Shown here one piece after another: positions 47,501-57,622 of a DNA stretch of 64,000 nucleotides (within the stretch, counting starts at the first letter, position 1; each line of letters opens with the position of its first letter). The notes below the pieces were generated by a model, which was given only the letters and a program-made list of their open reading frames with translations, was not told the origin of the DNA and made no database searches. The translations under genes were made by a program, and so were the position numbers. Source of the DNA: Elusimicrobiota bacterium (lineage in GTDB: Bacteria > Elusimicrobiota > Endomicrobiia > Endomicrobiales > JBDRNC01); assembly GCA_043811535.1 (NCBI GenBank), contig JBDRNC010000017.1, positions 189,121 through 253,120 on the forward strand. The letters run 5' to 3'.

Positions 47501-48931
47501 TTATCTTATAACCACAACTTTCTTTACTTTTATCGTTGATCCAGCATGAAATACGATGAAATAGGTTCCGCTAGCCACGTAATTCCCGTTTTCATCGGTA
47601 CCATTCCAATCAAGAGTGTACAAACCAGGTATTTTTGATTCGTTTAATATATTTCTAACTTTCCTTCCCAATATATCATGTAAAGTAATTTCTACATTGG
47701 TTGGGTTCATTATGTTATATTTAATTGTAGCTTTCTCGTTTTTACTAGGATAAAAAATAGGGTGGTAAATGGAGATATCGTTTGAGAAATTATCTATATC
47801 TAAAGACCAATAAAGACTTACATATTTTAGGCTACTGTCATAATATGAAATATGCGGATTATTATTTGTGTCAAGGGCAATTGAAGTATGCGATCCAACT
47901 CCAGTTTTGACGATTGTCTGTGTTTGCCATGTGGAACCGTTCCATTTTGCATAGTTAATATTATAGTCTTCGCTCGCATAATAAGATATATGCGGATAAT
48001 TATTTGTGTCAAGAGCAATGGAAATAATCTCACGAGCATAAGCACCTGAGTTAACGGTCTGAATGCTCCAAGAAGTGCCAGCCCATTTTGCATATTTAAG
48101 GGCAGAGTTTATGCCATTATAATCATGATAGGATATATGCGGATTATTATTTGTGTCAAGGGCAATTGAAGTATACTTACCCGCATTACCACCTGAGTCA
48201 ACAGTCTGAATGCTCCAAGAAGTATCAGTCCATTTTGCATATTTGAGGTCAGAGTTTGTGGCATAGGATATATGAGGATTATTATTTGTGTCAAGGGCAA
48301 TTGAAGTATACTTACCCACATCACCATCTGAATCAACGGTCTGTGTGCTCCAAGAAGTACCAGTCCATTTTGCATATTTAAGATCGGCGTTCATGTAATC
48401 ATAATACGAAATATGTGGGTAATTGTTTGCGTCAAGGGCGATGGAAGTATAGGCACCCACACCACCTGAGTCAACAGTCTGAGTGCTCCAAGAAGTGCCA
48501 GTCCATTTTGCATATTTAAGATCGGCGTTCATGTAATCATAATACGAAATATGTGGGTAATCGTTTGCGTCAAGGGCGATGGAAGTATACTTACCCACAA
48601 TACCACCTGAGTCAACAGTCTGAGTGTTCCAAGAAGTGCCAGTCCATTTTGCATATTTTAGATTAAAGCCTGAGTAATCATAATATGAAATATGCGGGTA
48701 TTCATTGGCATCCAATGCTAGTGAGCAATATTCTCCAGCATACTTAGTTGAATCAACTGTTTGTATCTGTGTTGTCCATGCCGCAAATGTCATTGATATC
48801 GAAACACTCAAGACAAGACATAGAGTAAGTAAATAATAAATAAGATTTATAATTACACTACTATGTGTTTTACTGTTCATTTTATGTTTCACTCCGAACA
48901 TTGCGATATATTTTATACTGCTATTTTTCAT
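47501..48931 (-). CDS. Exported beta-propeller repeat protein with FlgD-Ig/T9SS-like C-terminal domain
   Basis: ~7 repeats YTSIALD.N.YPHISYY...LKYAKWTGTSW..QTVDS; C-terminal WNGTDENGNYVASGTYF..KKVVVIR. Confidence 0.8.
   Translation of the reverse strand: MKNSSIKYIAMFGVKHKMNSKTHSSVIINLIYYLLTLCLVLSVSISMTFAAWTTQIQTVDSTKYAGEYCSLALDANEYPHISYYDYSGFNLKYAKWTGTSWNTQTVDSGGIVGKYTSIALDANDYPHISYYDYMNADLKYAKWTGTSWSTQTVDSGGVGAYTSIALDANNYPHISYYDYMNADLKYAKWTGTSWSTQTVDSDGDVGKYTSIALDTNNNPHISYATNSDLKYAKWTDTSWSIQTVDSGGNAGKYTSIALDTNNNPHISYHDYNGINSALKYAKWAGTSWSIQTVNSGAYAREIISIALDTNNYPHISYYASEDYNINYAKWNGSTWQTQTIVKTGVGSHTSIALDTNNNPHISYYDSSLKYVSLYWSLDIDNFSNDISIYHPIFYPSKNEKATIKYNIMNPTNVEITLHDILGRKVRNILNESKIPGLYTLDWNGTDENGNYVASGTYFIVFHAGSTIKVKKVVVIR
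47830..48790. repeat. Intragenic tandem repeats (~135-nt units)
   Basis: Near-identical DNA units, e.g. ~48340-48480 vs ~48475-48615. Confidence 0.8.
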
Positions 48932-50004
48932 TCTTTATAGGTAATTATTACACAGTAATTTATATACTTATCTTTTATTTTGTTAATTGTTTCACCAAAG
49001 TTATCTATTTCCTTACTTCCAATCTTTCCTAAATACTTAAAAGTATTATCTTCAGTGAAATCACACTTCAACCCACTAATTGGCTCTCTTACGGCAACCG
49101 CAATAGCTACCTCTGATCCAAATGGCGGAACGACTTTCACATTGAAATTCATTTTCTCATTTGGGATCATATTCTCTTGGTTTTGAACAATCTTATTATC
49201 CTTTTCCCAATAATTCGGAAAAAGCATTCTTACATCTCCAGCAACATCCATATGGAATATATAGACGTAACAATTAAAGTCAGATTTAAAACGAAAGATA
49301 ATATTCTCGTTTTCTTTATAACCGATGCCTTCTGGTTTATCTTGCCATAATTTCATTCTTGCATTATTGTTACTTTTTTTACCAAATATATTAAATACCT
49401 GCTCAACTAACGGATTATTAGATTTTGCTGATTCCGCGATTTTACGCTGTTCTTCCAATTGCTCATTAATAATTCTTTCTATTTCGCCTTTAGGCACGCT
49501 TACCAATTCAAATACGGAATAATACGCTTTTTTGTTGCCATTCCTGTATACGATCTGCTGCTGTTCTATATACCTTTCTTTTGCTTTTATTTTTCTTGCA
49601 TATGCCTCCGCTTCTTGTTCCTCTACGCGATTTGATATTATCAAAGGATTAATAATTTCCTTGCTTAATCCATACGACGTAATCAAATTACTTATTTTGA
49701 TTTTTACATCATTTCCAATGTATTTAACAACATAATTTGTTGCGGTATTATGAGCATCTTCCCACGCATCCTTTTCCATTGCGTGACGTCCAGAAAGCCC
49801 TACAAAATACAATTTTCCATCCTTTTCTTCTGGTTCTTTGATAGTCCAATCGGGTCGTTTATCATATGAGGGTGTAGTACTTTCACCAATGATTTCATTA
49901 GAAACCTTTTTGGGCACGGATGCACAACCATTTAGAATCAGTAATATAGGTGCGAATAGCAGCAACAAGCCCTGCGAGAGTGATATTCTATTAAAATATT
50001 TCAT
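48928..50004 (-). CDS. LPP20-like lipoprotein with DUF4384-like C-terminal domain
   Basis: Lipobox LNGC; RPDW..LYFVGLS; YVYIFHMD..MLFPN..PPFGSE. Confidence 0.7.
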   Translation of the reverse strand: MKYFNRISLSQGLLLLFAPILLILNGCASVPKKVSNEIIGESTTPSYDKRPDWTIKEPEEKDGKLYFVGLSGRHAMEKDAWEDAHNTATNYVVKYIGNDVKIKISNLITSYGLSKEIINPLIISNRVEEQEAEAYARKIKAKERYIEQQQIVYRNGNKKAYYSVFELVSVPKGEIERIINEQLEEQRKIAESAKSNNPLVEQVFNIFGKKSNNNARMKLWQDKPEGIGYKENENIIFRFKSDFNCYVYIFHMDVAGDVRMLFPNYWEKDNKIVQNQENMIPNEKMNFNVKVVPPFGSEVAIAVAVREPISGLKCDFTEDNTFKYLGKIGSKEIDNFGETINKIKDKYINYCVIITYKE

Positions 50005-50005
50005 G

Positions 50006-52090
50006 TTATCTTGTTTTTGCAAATCTAAATTTATCTACACTATTAGATTCTGATATTGTAGGGATCTGTTTATCTCCCAAATCTTGCCAAAGTTTCTCTT
50101 TTATATATTCATAAGCTTCGTTAACATCTACCCAACTGTCCTTATTCTTATCGGCATCCCCGTCTTTTATCCCGCGGCATAAGTAGTATGTGAAGTAGCC
50201 GTGTCCCGATTTGTCATACTCATATGAGGGTAATTTACCGCTTGTAGCGGAAAGAATCATACAGTTCGTCTGTTTGAATTTTGGTTCTATTGCTACGCCT
50301 CTTTGAGCAAGTAACTGAGGCGTTCTCCCCCCGCGGCCCGAAAAACATGAATCCAGTAATAATATTATCTTTGTTGCTCCGGTTTGTTGAAGCCAAGGCA
50401 CTACTTCTTCATTCAGCGAAATCATGGTTGTTTTCCCTAAATCCATATCACCATCATGTGGTATAAGATATGGTTGTTGTGAAGTTGGATCTTCGGTATC
50501 AAATATACCATGTCCGGCATAGTAAAATATAATAGATTTTGGATTCTTTCCTCTAAGCCATGAATTTATAGTCGCTTTTATTCTTGTCCCAGTCGCCTCT
50601 GTGTCTTTAAGTACTTTAATATTATTCTTAGGTACCCCCATCGTACAGTTTATATACTCTTCCATCAGCTCTGCGTCCTTTCTTGCATATTTCAACTTAT
50701 TTATTGAAGGATAATCGCTAATTCCAATAACAATAGCATATGCGCTATTATCTCCTCTTTTGTAAGTCTCGGGTACAGGTTCAAGACCAGGTAGCGCTTC
50801 CACCAATTCTACTTCCTTGGGAATCATTACTATTCTTTTCTCAATAACCTTTGACGGGGAATATCCTCTGCCTTCTTTTACCGATATGTTGATTTTCGCT
50901 TCCTTCCTTGGTATTTCATTTGGTAATGTTGTTTCAAAACTCACTTCTTTGGTTTCACTGGGTTTTATTTCTTCTATTTCTCTCATTTGCCCGACATAAT
51001 TAATTAAATCATTGTCACCAGACAATCGGACCCTCACAAGTTGCGCAGAACCATGGCCTGTATTAGACACAAACACTTTTATACCTACGTTCTTTCCCCC
51101 TTCGAATTTATTATTATCTTTTTCGGGATAAAAGGATACCTCATATTCAAGTCTTGGAATCATTTGCACTACAGAATTATTTGTTTCATTATTAGATACT
51201 ATTTCCTTTCCTGTATTTTTCGTAATTACATCCTTATAAACTAGATTTAAATCGGGGGTTATTCGATTTACATTCATTATATACTCAATCCCATTACCAA
51301 CCCAATCATAAGCCTTAATTTCTATAATATTATCATCTAATTCAAGATTAATTTTCACATTGTCTCTTGCTTCCGTTTGGTAAGTGAATTCTCCATTATA
51401 AACTAATATGTTGTTCTTCATTATTCTTACTCTTTCAATCTCTATATTGTCATTAACAATGTAACTAAATCTTATATTATCTTCCTTCGTACTATATTTA
51501 TCCCATGATTTATATTTTTCTAATCTGGGCGATTGTTGAACCATGCGTCCCCGAATGAGCATATGCTGATCATTCAAAGACGAATGCAATTTTAACGTAG
51601 GGGATTGAGTATCTTTGTCCATAAAATATTTTAAAATATATTTTTCGACAGGCATTTTAAGTTTATATGAGTCTTTCCATATGCCTACTTCATTTTCCTC
51701 TTCACCGTAGACAGTGGTTCTTTTAAACCTTTGGATATTACCATTATTTAGATTTAATACTTGAAAATTGTAAACTCCTTTATATCCATCACTCAAAAAC
51801 CAATACCAGAGCGGCAAGGCAAGGGCAATCCAACCAATTGTCCATACTCTAAAATGTCCGGTTGCGTTCATAGAACGAGCTGATGTTGTTGATAGAGTAT
51901 TTATTTTTACCTCAATTGCCCAATCGGCATCATTCGCATTGGACATTGAGTGAAACCAATTAGGCAATATATATTTATTTGGTTGATAATCCTTGAAATA
52001 TGCTCGTACAGCATAAGATGGTTGTACCAATCCAAATACACAGATTATAGCTGCCATTACAATGCTAAATGCGTTTTTCATAATTTCCAT
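50006..52090 (-). CDS. Exported Ig-domain + caspase-family protease
   Basis: Signal peptide; YAIVIGISDY..LKYARKDA, YYAGHG, LDSCFSG, HGYFTYYL. Confidence 0.82.
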   Translation of the reverse strand: MEIMKNAFSIVMAAIICVFGLVQPSYAVRAYFKDYQPNKYILPNWFHSMSNANDADWAIEVKINTLSTTSARSMNATGHFRVWTIGWIALALPLWYWFLSDGYKGVYNFQVLNLNNGNIQRFKRTTVYGEEENEVGIWKDSYKLKMPVEKYILKYFMDKDTQSPTLKLHSSLNDQHMLIRGRMVQQSPRLEKYKSWDKYSTKEDNIRFSYIVNDNIEIERVRIMKNNILVYNGEFTYQTEARDNVKINLELDDNIIEIKAYDWVGNGIEYIMNVNRITPDLNLVYKDVITKNTGKEIVSNNETNNSVVQMIPRLEYEVSFYPEKDNNKFEGGKNVGIKVFVSNTGHGSAQLVRVRLSGDNDLINYVGQMREIEEIKPSETKEVSFETTLPNEIPRKEAKINISVKEGRGYSPSKVIEKRIVMIPKEVELVEALPGLEPVPETYKRGDNSAYAIVIGISDYPSINKLKYARKDAELMEEYINCTMGVPKNNIKVLKDTEATGTRIKATINSWLRGKNPKSIIFYYAGHGIFDTEDPTSQQPYLIPHDGDMDLGKTTMISLNEEVVPWLQQTGATKIILLLDSCFSGRGGRTPQLLAQRGVAIEPKFKQTNCMILSATSGKLPSYEYDKSGHGYFTYYLCRGIKDGDADKNKDSWVDVNEAYEYIKEKLWQDLGDKQIPTISESNSVDKFRFAKTR

Positions 52091-52164
52091 CCATATAAAT
52101 TCTTGTTGTCTTGCTTTTCAAGGTTAGGGGGATACTAAAATACCCCCTAACCTTGTTTTATAAA

Positions 52165-52818
52165 TCATTTCTCCAATGTGAATCCCTTTTGTTTTGCGTC
52201 TTCAAATGCGTTCATAGCATTCTCATATTGTGTCTTTGCCTTTTCATCGCTTGCCGCATCACGTTGTTTCTTCAATTGTTCTATTGAGCCATTCATCAGA
52301 TCCTTGAACTCTTCATCCATCGATACCTTGGGAACCGTGGTTTTTACATATGCTTTCCAATAACTCTCTTTTAACTTATTTTGCCACTTTTCGAGATACC
52401 AATCCGATGCTTTAACTCGTGATGCAAATGCTTTAGTTAATTGCTCTTCTCTATCCCGAGATACCTTTGTCGGATTTACTATATCGCTTGATAGACCATA
52501 TGCTGTTGCTATTCTTTCTATTTTATCATTCACATATGTTCCCATGTATTTAGCAACATTCTTTATGGCCGTATTTTGCGCATCATCCCTTGCATCTTTC
52601 TCAGTTGCCACTCTTTCCGCTGACAGACCGATAAAAATGTATTTGTCACCTTCTGTTTCCGGTTCCTTTATTATCCACTCAGGCCGGTCTTTAGGCATGG
52701 AGAGAACCATATTCTCTTCCGGGACCGCTGCAGGACCGGTCGCTTTTGGAGTGCTTGCGCATCCTGAAATCATGTAACCAATAACTACTGCCATTGCTAT
52801 AAACACATACTTTTTCAT
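52165..52818 (-). CDS. LPP20-like lipoprotein
   Basis: Lipobox ISGC; RPEW..YIFIGLS; homologous to the N-half of 48928-50004. Confidence 0.72.
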   Translation of the reverse strand: MKKYVFIAMAVVIGYMISGCASTPKATGPAAVPEENMVLSMPKDRPEWIIKEPETEGDKYIFIGLSAERVATEKDARDDAQNTAIKNVAKYMGTYVNDKIERIATAYGLSSDIVNPTKVSRDREEQLTKAFASRVKASDWYLEKWQNKLKESYWKAYVKTTVPKVSMDEEFKDLMNGSIEQLKKQRDAASDEKAKTQYENAMNAFEDAKQKGFTLEK

Positions 52819-52872
52819 ACCTTCCTCCTTTTATATTAGTTTTGCAAGTGTTCCAAAATCACCTCCTGATCA

Positions 52873-53586
52873 TTAGAATAATGTCTTTGTTATCTCTACC
52901 CCATCATATGAAACCGTAATAACAACTATCTCATCACCGGTGAGCATTTCTCTAACTGAAATTGGGACTGAAAACTGTTTTTTCTTAACCGGCACGACTA
53001 CTTCCATAAGTTTATCCAGACTATATCTGCTTTCGCCGCCAGTTTTAACCGGAACTAACGCTTCTATCGTTACCTTCACGTTTTCAGGGTACGGTTTCTT
53101 CTTTATAACTCCCGATACCATTTTCAGATAAGGTATCCTGTCGTTAGAAGGTTCGATTAATTCCACCTGCAAAGAGGTTTTGTCTAAAACTACAACTTTT
53201 GTTTCTATGTTGCCGGGTTTGGGTTGTACTCCGGTAGGTTTTGCAACTATCGTATTTATTCCTTCTCTTATATCTATTTCCTTTTGAAATATACAATTTG
53301 TGACCGGAATTGTTTCAAATTCAAGAGTTTCGAGCCACGGTTTCTTTACTTCTTTTTTGCTCTTCATCTCCCCCCTTACAACATCAAGCAGATTAACGAC
53401 GGCTAGATCTATCTGTGTGATATCAAAATTCATAACTGTTCCCTTGACTAAAACGGGCGAAGAAGTAACTTTAAGCGATTTCGGCAAGACAAATATGATA
53501 TCTTGCGCAAAAGTGAATGATGAAAATAAGGAAAATACAAACAACCAACAAATCAATTGAATTGTAATTCTTTTATATAATTTCAT
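52873..53586 (-). CDS. Hypothetical exported Ig-like protein
   Basis: Signal peptide (TFA-Q); beta-rich, REGINTIV. Confidence 0.6.
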   Translation of the reverse strand: MKLYKRITIQLICWLFVFSLFSSFTFAQDIIFVLPKSLKVTSSPVLVKGTVMNFDITQIDLAVVNLLDVVRGEMKSKKEVKKPWLETLEFETIPVTNCIFQKEIDIREGINTIVAKPTGVQPKPGNIETKVVVLDKTSLQVELIEPSNDRIPYLKMVSGVIKKKPYPENVKVTIEALVPVKTGGESRYSLDKLMEVVVPVKKKQFSVPISVREMLTGDEIVVITVSYDGVEITKTLF

Positions 53587-54053
53587 CTCTGGTCACCCCC
53601 TGTCCGCAGTACCTTTGATGTCTTTTGGGCCAGAGCATTTGACTCATATGATTCCTTAGCTTGCATTATTGACTGGGAAATAAAATCATCAGAAGTGTAT
53701 GCGCGGGCATTTGCAGTATTTCGGCAAGGCAATAAATATATTGCTGAAACTATTACCAGCATAGCGATAGCCGCTATGCTGATGGGTTTAATGTGGTTAA
53801 GAAATATCCTGAAAAATGGCTCTTTTTGCTCAGCATATATCCTAATATTTTCAAGAATTTGAGTCCGTAACCCTATCGGCAGTTCTTTTTCCGATTGATT
53901 TTTCAAGCCGTTTATTACTCCATCCACTATTCGCGTGGCAGAGTAATACTTGGCACAATCTTTACATTCATCAAGATGTGCTTTCAGATCGGGAGGCAGT
54001 CCGCCCGATGGGGAGGCCTGAATACATTTTCTGAAATTGTTACATACTCTCAT
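53583..54053 (-). CDS. Zinc-binding anti-sigma factor
   Basis: C...HLDECKDC (HxxxCxxC) + one TM helix; downstream of ECF sigma. Confidence 0.8.
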   Translation of the reverse strand: MRVCNNFRKCIQASPSGGLPPDLKAHLDECKDCAKYYSATRIVDGVINGLKNQSEKELPIGLRTQILENIRIYAEQKEPFFRIFLNHIKPISIAAIAMLVIVSAIYLLPCRNTANARAYTSDDFISQSIMQAKESYESNALAQKTSKVLRTGGDQR

Positions 54054-54102
54054 GTGCCCTCCATTCAGTTAGACACCATATTTTTGAACTGGTTGCACTG
54101 TT

Positions 54103-54648
54103 TTATAAATATGGCATTATTTTTTCTTTTAATTTCTCTTTTGCGCGAAAGACAAGGGATTTTGCGGTTCCAACGCTACACTTCAATATTTTTGATATTT
54201 CTTCATACGATAATTCCTTTATATGCAATGTAAGGGGTATCTGGTATTTCGGCGGGAGAAGATGCATCTCGATGTCTATGCGTTTTTGCATATCTTCATG
54301 AATTGCTTTTTGCTCGCCTGATGCTGTTTTATCTTCAATTTTATCTGCTATTGTTTGCTTATTATCATCGGCCTTGGCATCAATTGATATGGTCCTGTAA
54401 ATACCCCTGCGTCTGTTGTATCTAACCTTGTTTTTCCAGCAGTTAACAGCAATCCTATACAACCAAGTATATATGTCAGATCTATTTTGGAATGAACGAA
54501 GTTTCCGATATGCCTTTATGAAAGTTTCCTGCGTTAAATCTTTGGCTTCTTCTATGTTGCCGGATAATGAACAAAGCATATTGAATATTTTCTTGTTATA
54601 TTCTTTGATTATTTCTTCTATATTACCGTAGTCGTCTTGTTGATTCAT
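54103..54648 (-). CDS. ECF sigma factor
   Basis: DLTQETFIKAY, TWLYRIAVN, LSYEEISKIL..GTAKS. Confidence 0.93.
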   Translation of the reverse strand: MNQQDDYGNIEEIIKEYNKKIFNMLCSLSGNIEEAKDLTQETFIKAYRKLRSFQNRSDIYTWLYRIAVNCWKNKVRYNRRRGIYRTISIDAKADDNKQTIADKIEDKTASGEQKAIHEDMQKRIDIEMHLLPPKYQIPLTLHIKELSYEEISKILKCSVGTAKSLVFRAKEKLKEKIMPYL

Positions 54649-54970
54649 TACGCCATAACCCCTATAAGAAAAAAACCACAATGGATAACATCCAAAGTGG
54701 TTTCATCATTGCTCCGGCCAATGAAGCAACATTCCATCTAACATCGTATTTTTGCCCCTTTTCTTTGCTTATTCTGGATTTTAAGATAAGGTTGGTGTCC
54801 CCGTGGAAGGTATATTAGTATTCTATATCTTTAAAAATATCTAATCAAGTTTAATGCGTCCTTATATGTTTTATTGTTCGCCTTGCTCTTAGGCATCGAT
54901 TCCTATGAGTCTTATGCTCTCTTTTATGCCCTTAAACTCTATCTTGAAGGTATCCCCCCCCTGCTTTGTC

Positions 54971-57622
54971 CTAAGCTTTCTTATTTCCCTTTTTCCTGCT
55001 TAATCTTTCAGATTTTCTGATTAATAGTTTGGGTATAACAATCTCAGCCCTTTTATCGGGTTTAAAGAATTTCAGATAATCAGATTTCAAACAACTAAAT
55101 TGCCAATCAAGAAAACTTTTTGTATTGATCCTCATAGTCTTCTGTTTTAATCTTCTATTTTTGTTGGGATTAGGCTTCAGATCAGGTTTTACCATGTCTT
55201 TAATATGGTTCCAAATATTTCTTTCAGAGCATGACGCAAAATGTGCGGCTTCCGCATAATCAAGTTTTTTGGGCATTACAGTGTGTAATGGGTTTCCGTA
55301 ATCACAGGTGTCTTTGGCGAATTCATGGTTATAATTCATAAAGGTATTTATTGTTAAATGCCCCATAGCATTCGCTAGTTTTACGGATGACTTTCCTTTT
55401 TGAGCATTCCAAGTGGCGAATGCTCGCCTCATACCGTGGAACCCATCAGGAAAAAATTCTTTTAGGTGCCTACTAAATAAATCTTCTATCTGGTATACCT
55501 TATCCATTCTGAGAATATGTTCAGACTTTTCCTTAAGGGACTCTTTCCAATAACTATAGAAATAAGGCCTTAATTCTTTGTCGATATATTTAATTGCCAC
55601 AAACCGTCTTTTGCTGAATTTACCAATTATTGAAATATAGTTATATTCATTGTTTATATCCCCGAATATGCGAACATCTGCGATCCGTAATCCTAATATC
55701 TCACGTTTCCTTAACCCAAGATAACACCCTAGTATCATAGCCATGGCAGCAGCTTTGGTTTTCTTGCGTCTCCAAAAATTAATAATAGCTTTTTTAATCC
55801 TTTCTTCTTCGGCAATATAAACCAATTTTGGAGATTTCTTAGCAATATTCCGGAAATAATTAAAGTTAATCCTTCTTATGCTATATTCCTGTTTGTCCAT
55901 ATAGTCATAGAAGCTGTTCAGCGCGGTTTTTATAGATTTGAATGTCTTATGGTTTATCCAGCTCTCTTTCAGGTTTTTTCCATAAATAAGTTCCTGTTCC
56001 GATACAATGGAAAGCAGATCGTCTTCAGTTAGTTCAAGTATATTCATACCTTGTGCTTCGGTGAAAATAACTATAGGGAATAGGGAATCAATATATCTTG
56101 TTACAGTGTTTGGTTTATTGCTTTTAAGTAGATTGTTTATCCAAGAAACTATGTGAAGAGTCGCGGTGTTAGCATATATCTTTTTCAGGAATAACTTGTA
56201 CGAATCCGCATTCTTAATAAATAGTTCAGCCTCTTTTAGGACTTTTGAGTTCCCCGAAAGGTGTTTCGGTAAACCTTTCAACAGTTCCTTCTTCAGCGCT
56301 TCCTGGCCATGAAGGTATTCAATTGTCTCTCTATGGTTATCAAAGAATCTTACGAGCAGCTCCGCTTCCAGTTGCAGTAGTTTGCTTCTTTTATCATACT
56401 TTTGGTCCTTTATTTCGGGACGCAATATTTCTAGGCATTGGTGTATATGGTCGTAACTTTCTTTGCTGTCTACATTTAGTTCCGCATACTCTTTTAATGT
56501 TGTGTTTTTCACGATACGTTGATTAAGGATGAAGTACTTGCCAATCTCAATACCAGGTACCAGTTTAACAGTTGGTCTGAATCTTTTGGAAGATACAACA
56601 GCGTACATAGATGGGGTTAATCCGCGGCATACTATCTTGTGATATTTTCCGCACTCGTATAGTTGTTTCCAAGATAGTTTCTTGATAATATAATCATCAG
56701 GTATGCTGCATTTCTCTATTTTTCTGTTGCATTCAAGTATTTTGATGATTTGTGTTAAAAAGCCATTAATGTCTTGGTATGATTTGAAAAAATAATCGCC
56801 CAATAATTTAACTTTTCTTTGTTTTCCCTTCTTTAGTTGCGCGATCATGCTGTTTCTAAATGACCAAAACCAGTCAGGAAAATATGGCCTTAATCCATTA
56901 TATCTTCCCCAAAATTCCAGGTCAGCCGGAAATGGAATATATGCTCTCTCATAAGGGATAAGTATCATGTTGTTAATAGGGTCAAAATGGGCTGATGTTA
57001 GCTCTAAGCAGCTCTTAAGTGGCAGTCCGAGCCATAATAATTCTACCAACAAACATATTACAGCTTCTTTTTCATCTTTCGGCTTCATTTTAAATCTAAT
57101 ATGCCATACAGTTTCATAGGCTAAATCAAAAGGTGTTTTTGAAACAAGTTCAAGATCTACATCAAGCTGCCTTTTTCTGGGCAAGGATAAGTTCAAATGC
57201 ATGGCTTCGCTCTGCCCTATAGTATGCAACGCAAGTCTAAACAATAGATATCTGACCCTAGGTATGTCTATTTCATTGTTTGTTCTGATATCCATCCAAA
57301 CCTGATGAAATAATTCACTGATACTATTTTTGAAATGCTTGAGGAATCGCTTCCGTTTATTGGAATAGTCCAAACTAGCATACTTATTAGGTTCCGGCAT
57401 ATTTGTCTTTGTTATGTCTACTTCCAAAAAATATTTTATTACTTTTTCGGCAAGCAGGTTTTCTGGATTCACGTCATCAGAACCGGCAGCCTCGTCATTA
57501 TTAGGAGCCATATTGATTTTTGCGGGCTCATCTTCAAGCCTTAAAGCATTTAAAAGCTCTGCTCTTATTTTCCTTTTAAGAATATTTTCAACTTCCGATG
57601 AAAGAGGGCTTTGGTTTTTCAT
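54971..57622 (-). CDS. Giant (883 aa) tyrosine recombinase
   Basis: C-terminal R-K-HxxR-H-Y: GLRKREI, GKFSK, FHGMRRAFAT, MGHLTINTFMNY. Confidence 0.85.
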   Translation of the reverse strand: MKNQSPLSSEVENILKRKIRAELLNALRLEDEPAKINMAPNNDEAAGSDDVNPENLLAEKVIKYFLEVDITKTNMPEPNKYASLDYSNKRKRFLKHFKNSISELFHQVWMDIRTNNEIDIPRVRYLLFRLALHTIGQSEAMHLNLSLPRKRQLDVDLELVSKTPFDLAYETVWHIRFKMKPKDEKEAVICLLVELLWLGLPLKSCLELTSAHFDPINNMILIPYERAYIPFPADLEFWGRYNGLRPYFPDWFWSFRNSMIAQLKKGKQRKVKLLGDYFFKSYQDINGFLTQIIKILECNRKIEKCSIPDDYIIKKLSWKQLYECGKYHKIVCRGLTPSMYAVVSSKRFRPTVKLVPGIEIGKYFILNQRIVKNTTLKEYAELNVDSKESYDHIHQCLEILRPEIKDQKYDKRSKLLQLEAELLVRFFDNHRETIEYLHGQEALKKELLKGLPKHLSGNSKVLKEAELFIKNADSYKLFLKKIYANTATLHIVSWINNLLKSNKPNTVTRYIDSLFPIVIFTEAQGMNILELTEDDLLSIVSEQELIYGKNLKESWINHKTFKSIKTALNSFYDYMDKQEYSIRRINFNYFRNIAKKSPKLVYIAEEERIKKAIINFWRRKKTKAAAMAMILGCYLGLRKREILGLRIADVRIFGDINNEYNYISIIGKFSKRRFVAIKYIDKELRPYFYSYWKESLKEKSEHILRMDKVYQIEDLFSRHLKEFFPDGFHGMRRAFATWNAQKGKSSVKLANAMGHLTINTFMNYNHEFAKDTCDYGNPLHTVMPKKLDYAEAAHFASCSERNIWNHIKDMVKPDLKPNPNKNRRLKQKTMRINTKSFLDWQFSCLKSDYLKFFKPDKRAEIVIPKLLIRKSERLSRKKGNKKA

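Noticed and set aside
54660..54970. Riboswitch or internal recombination sites between the ECF sigma and giant recombinase
   Set aside because: A hairpin+U tract and loose repeats are present, but they match no family I recognise
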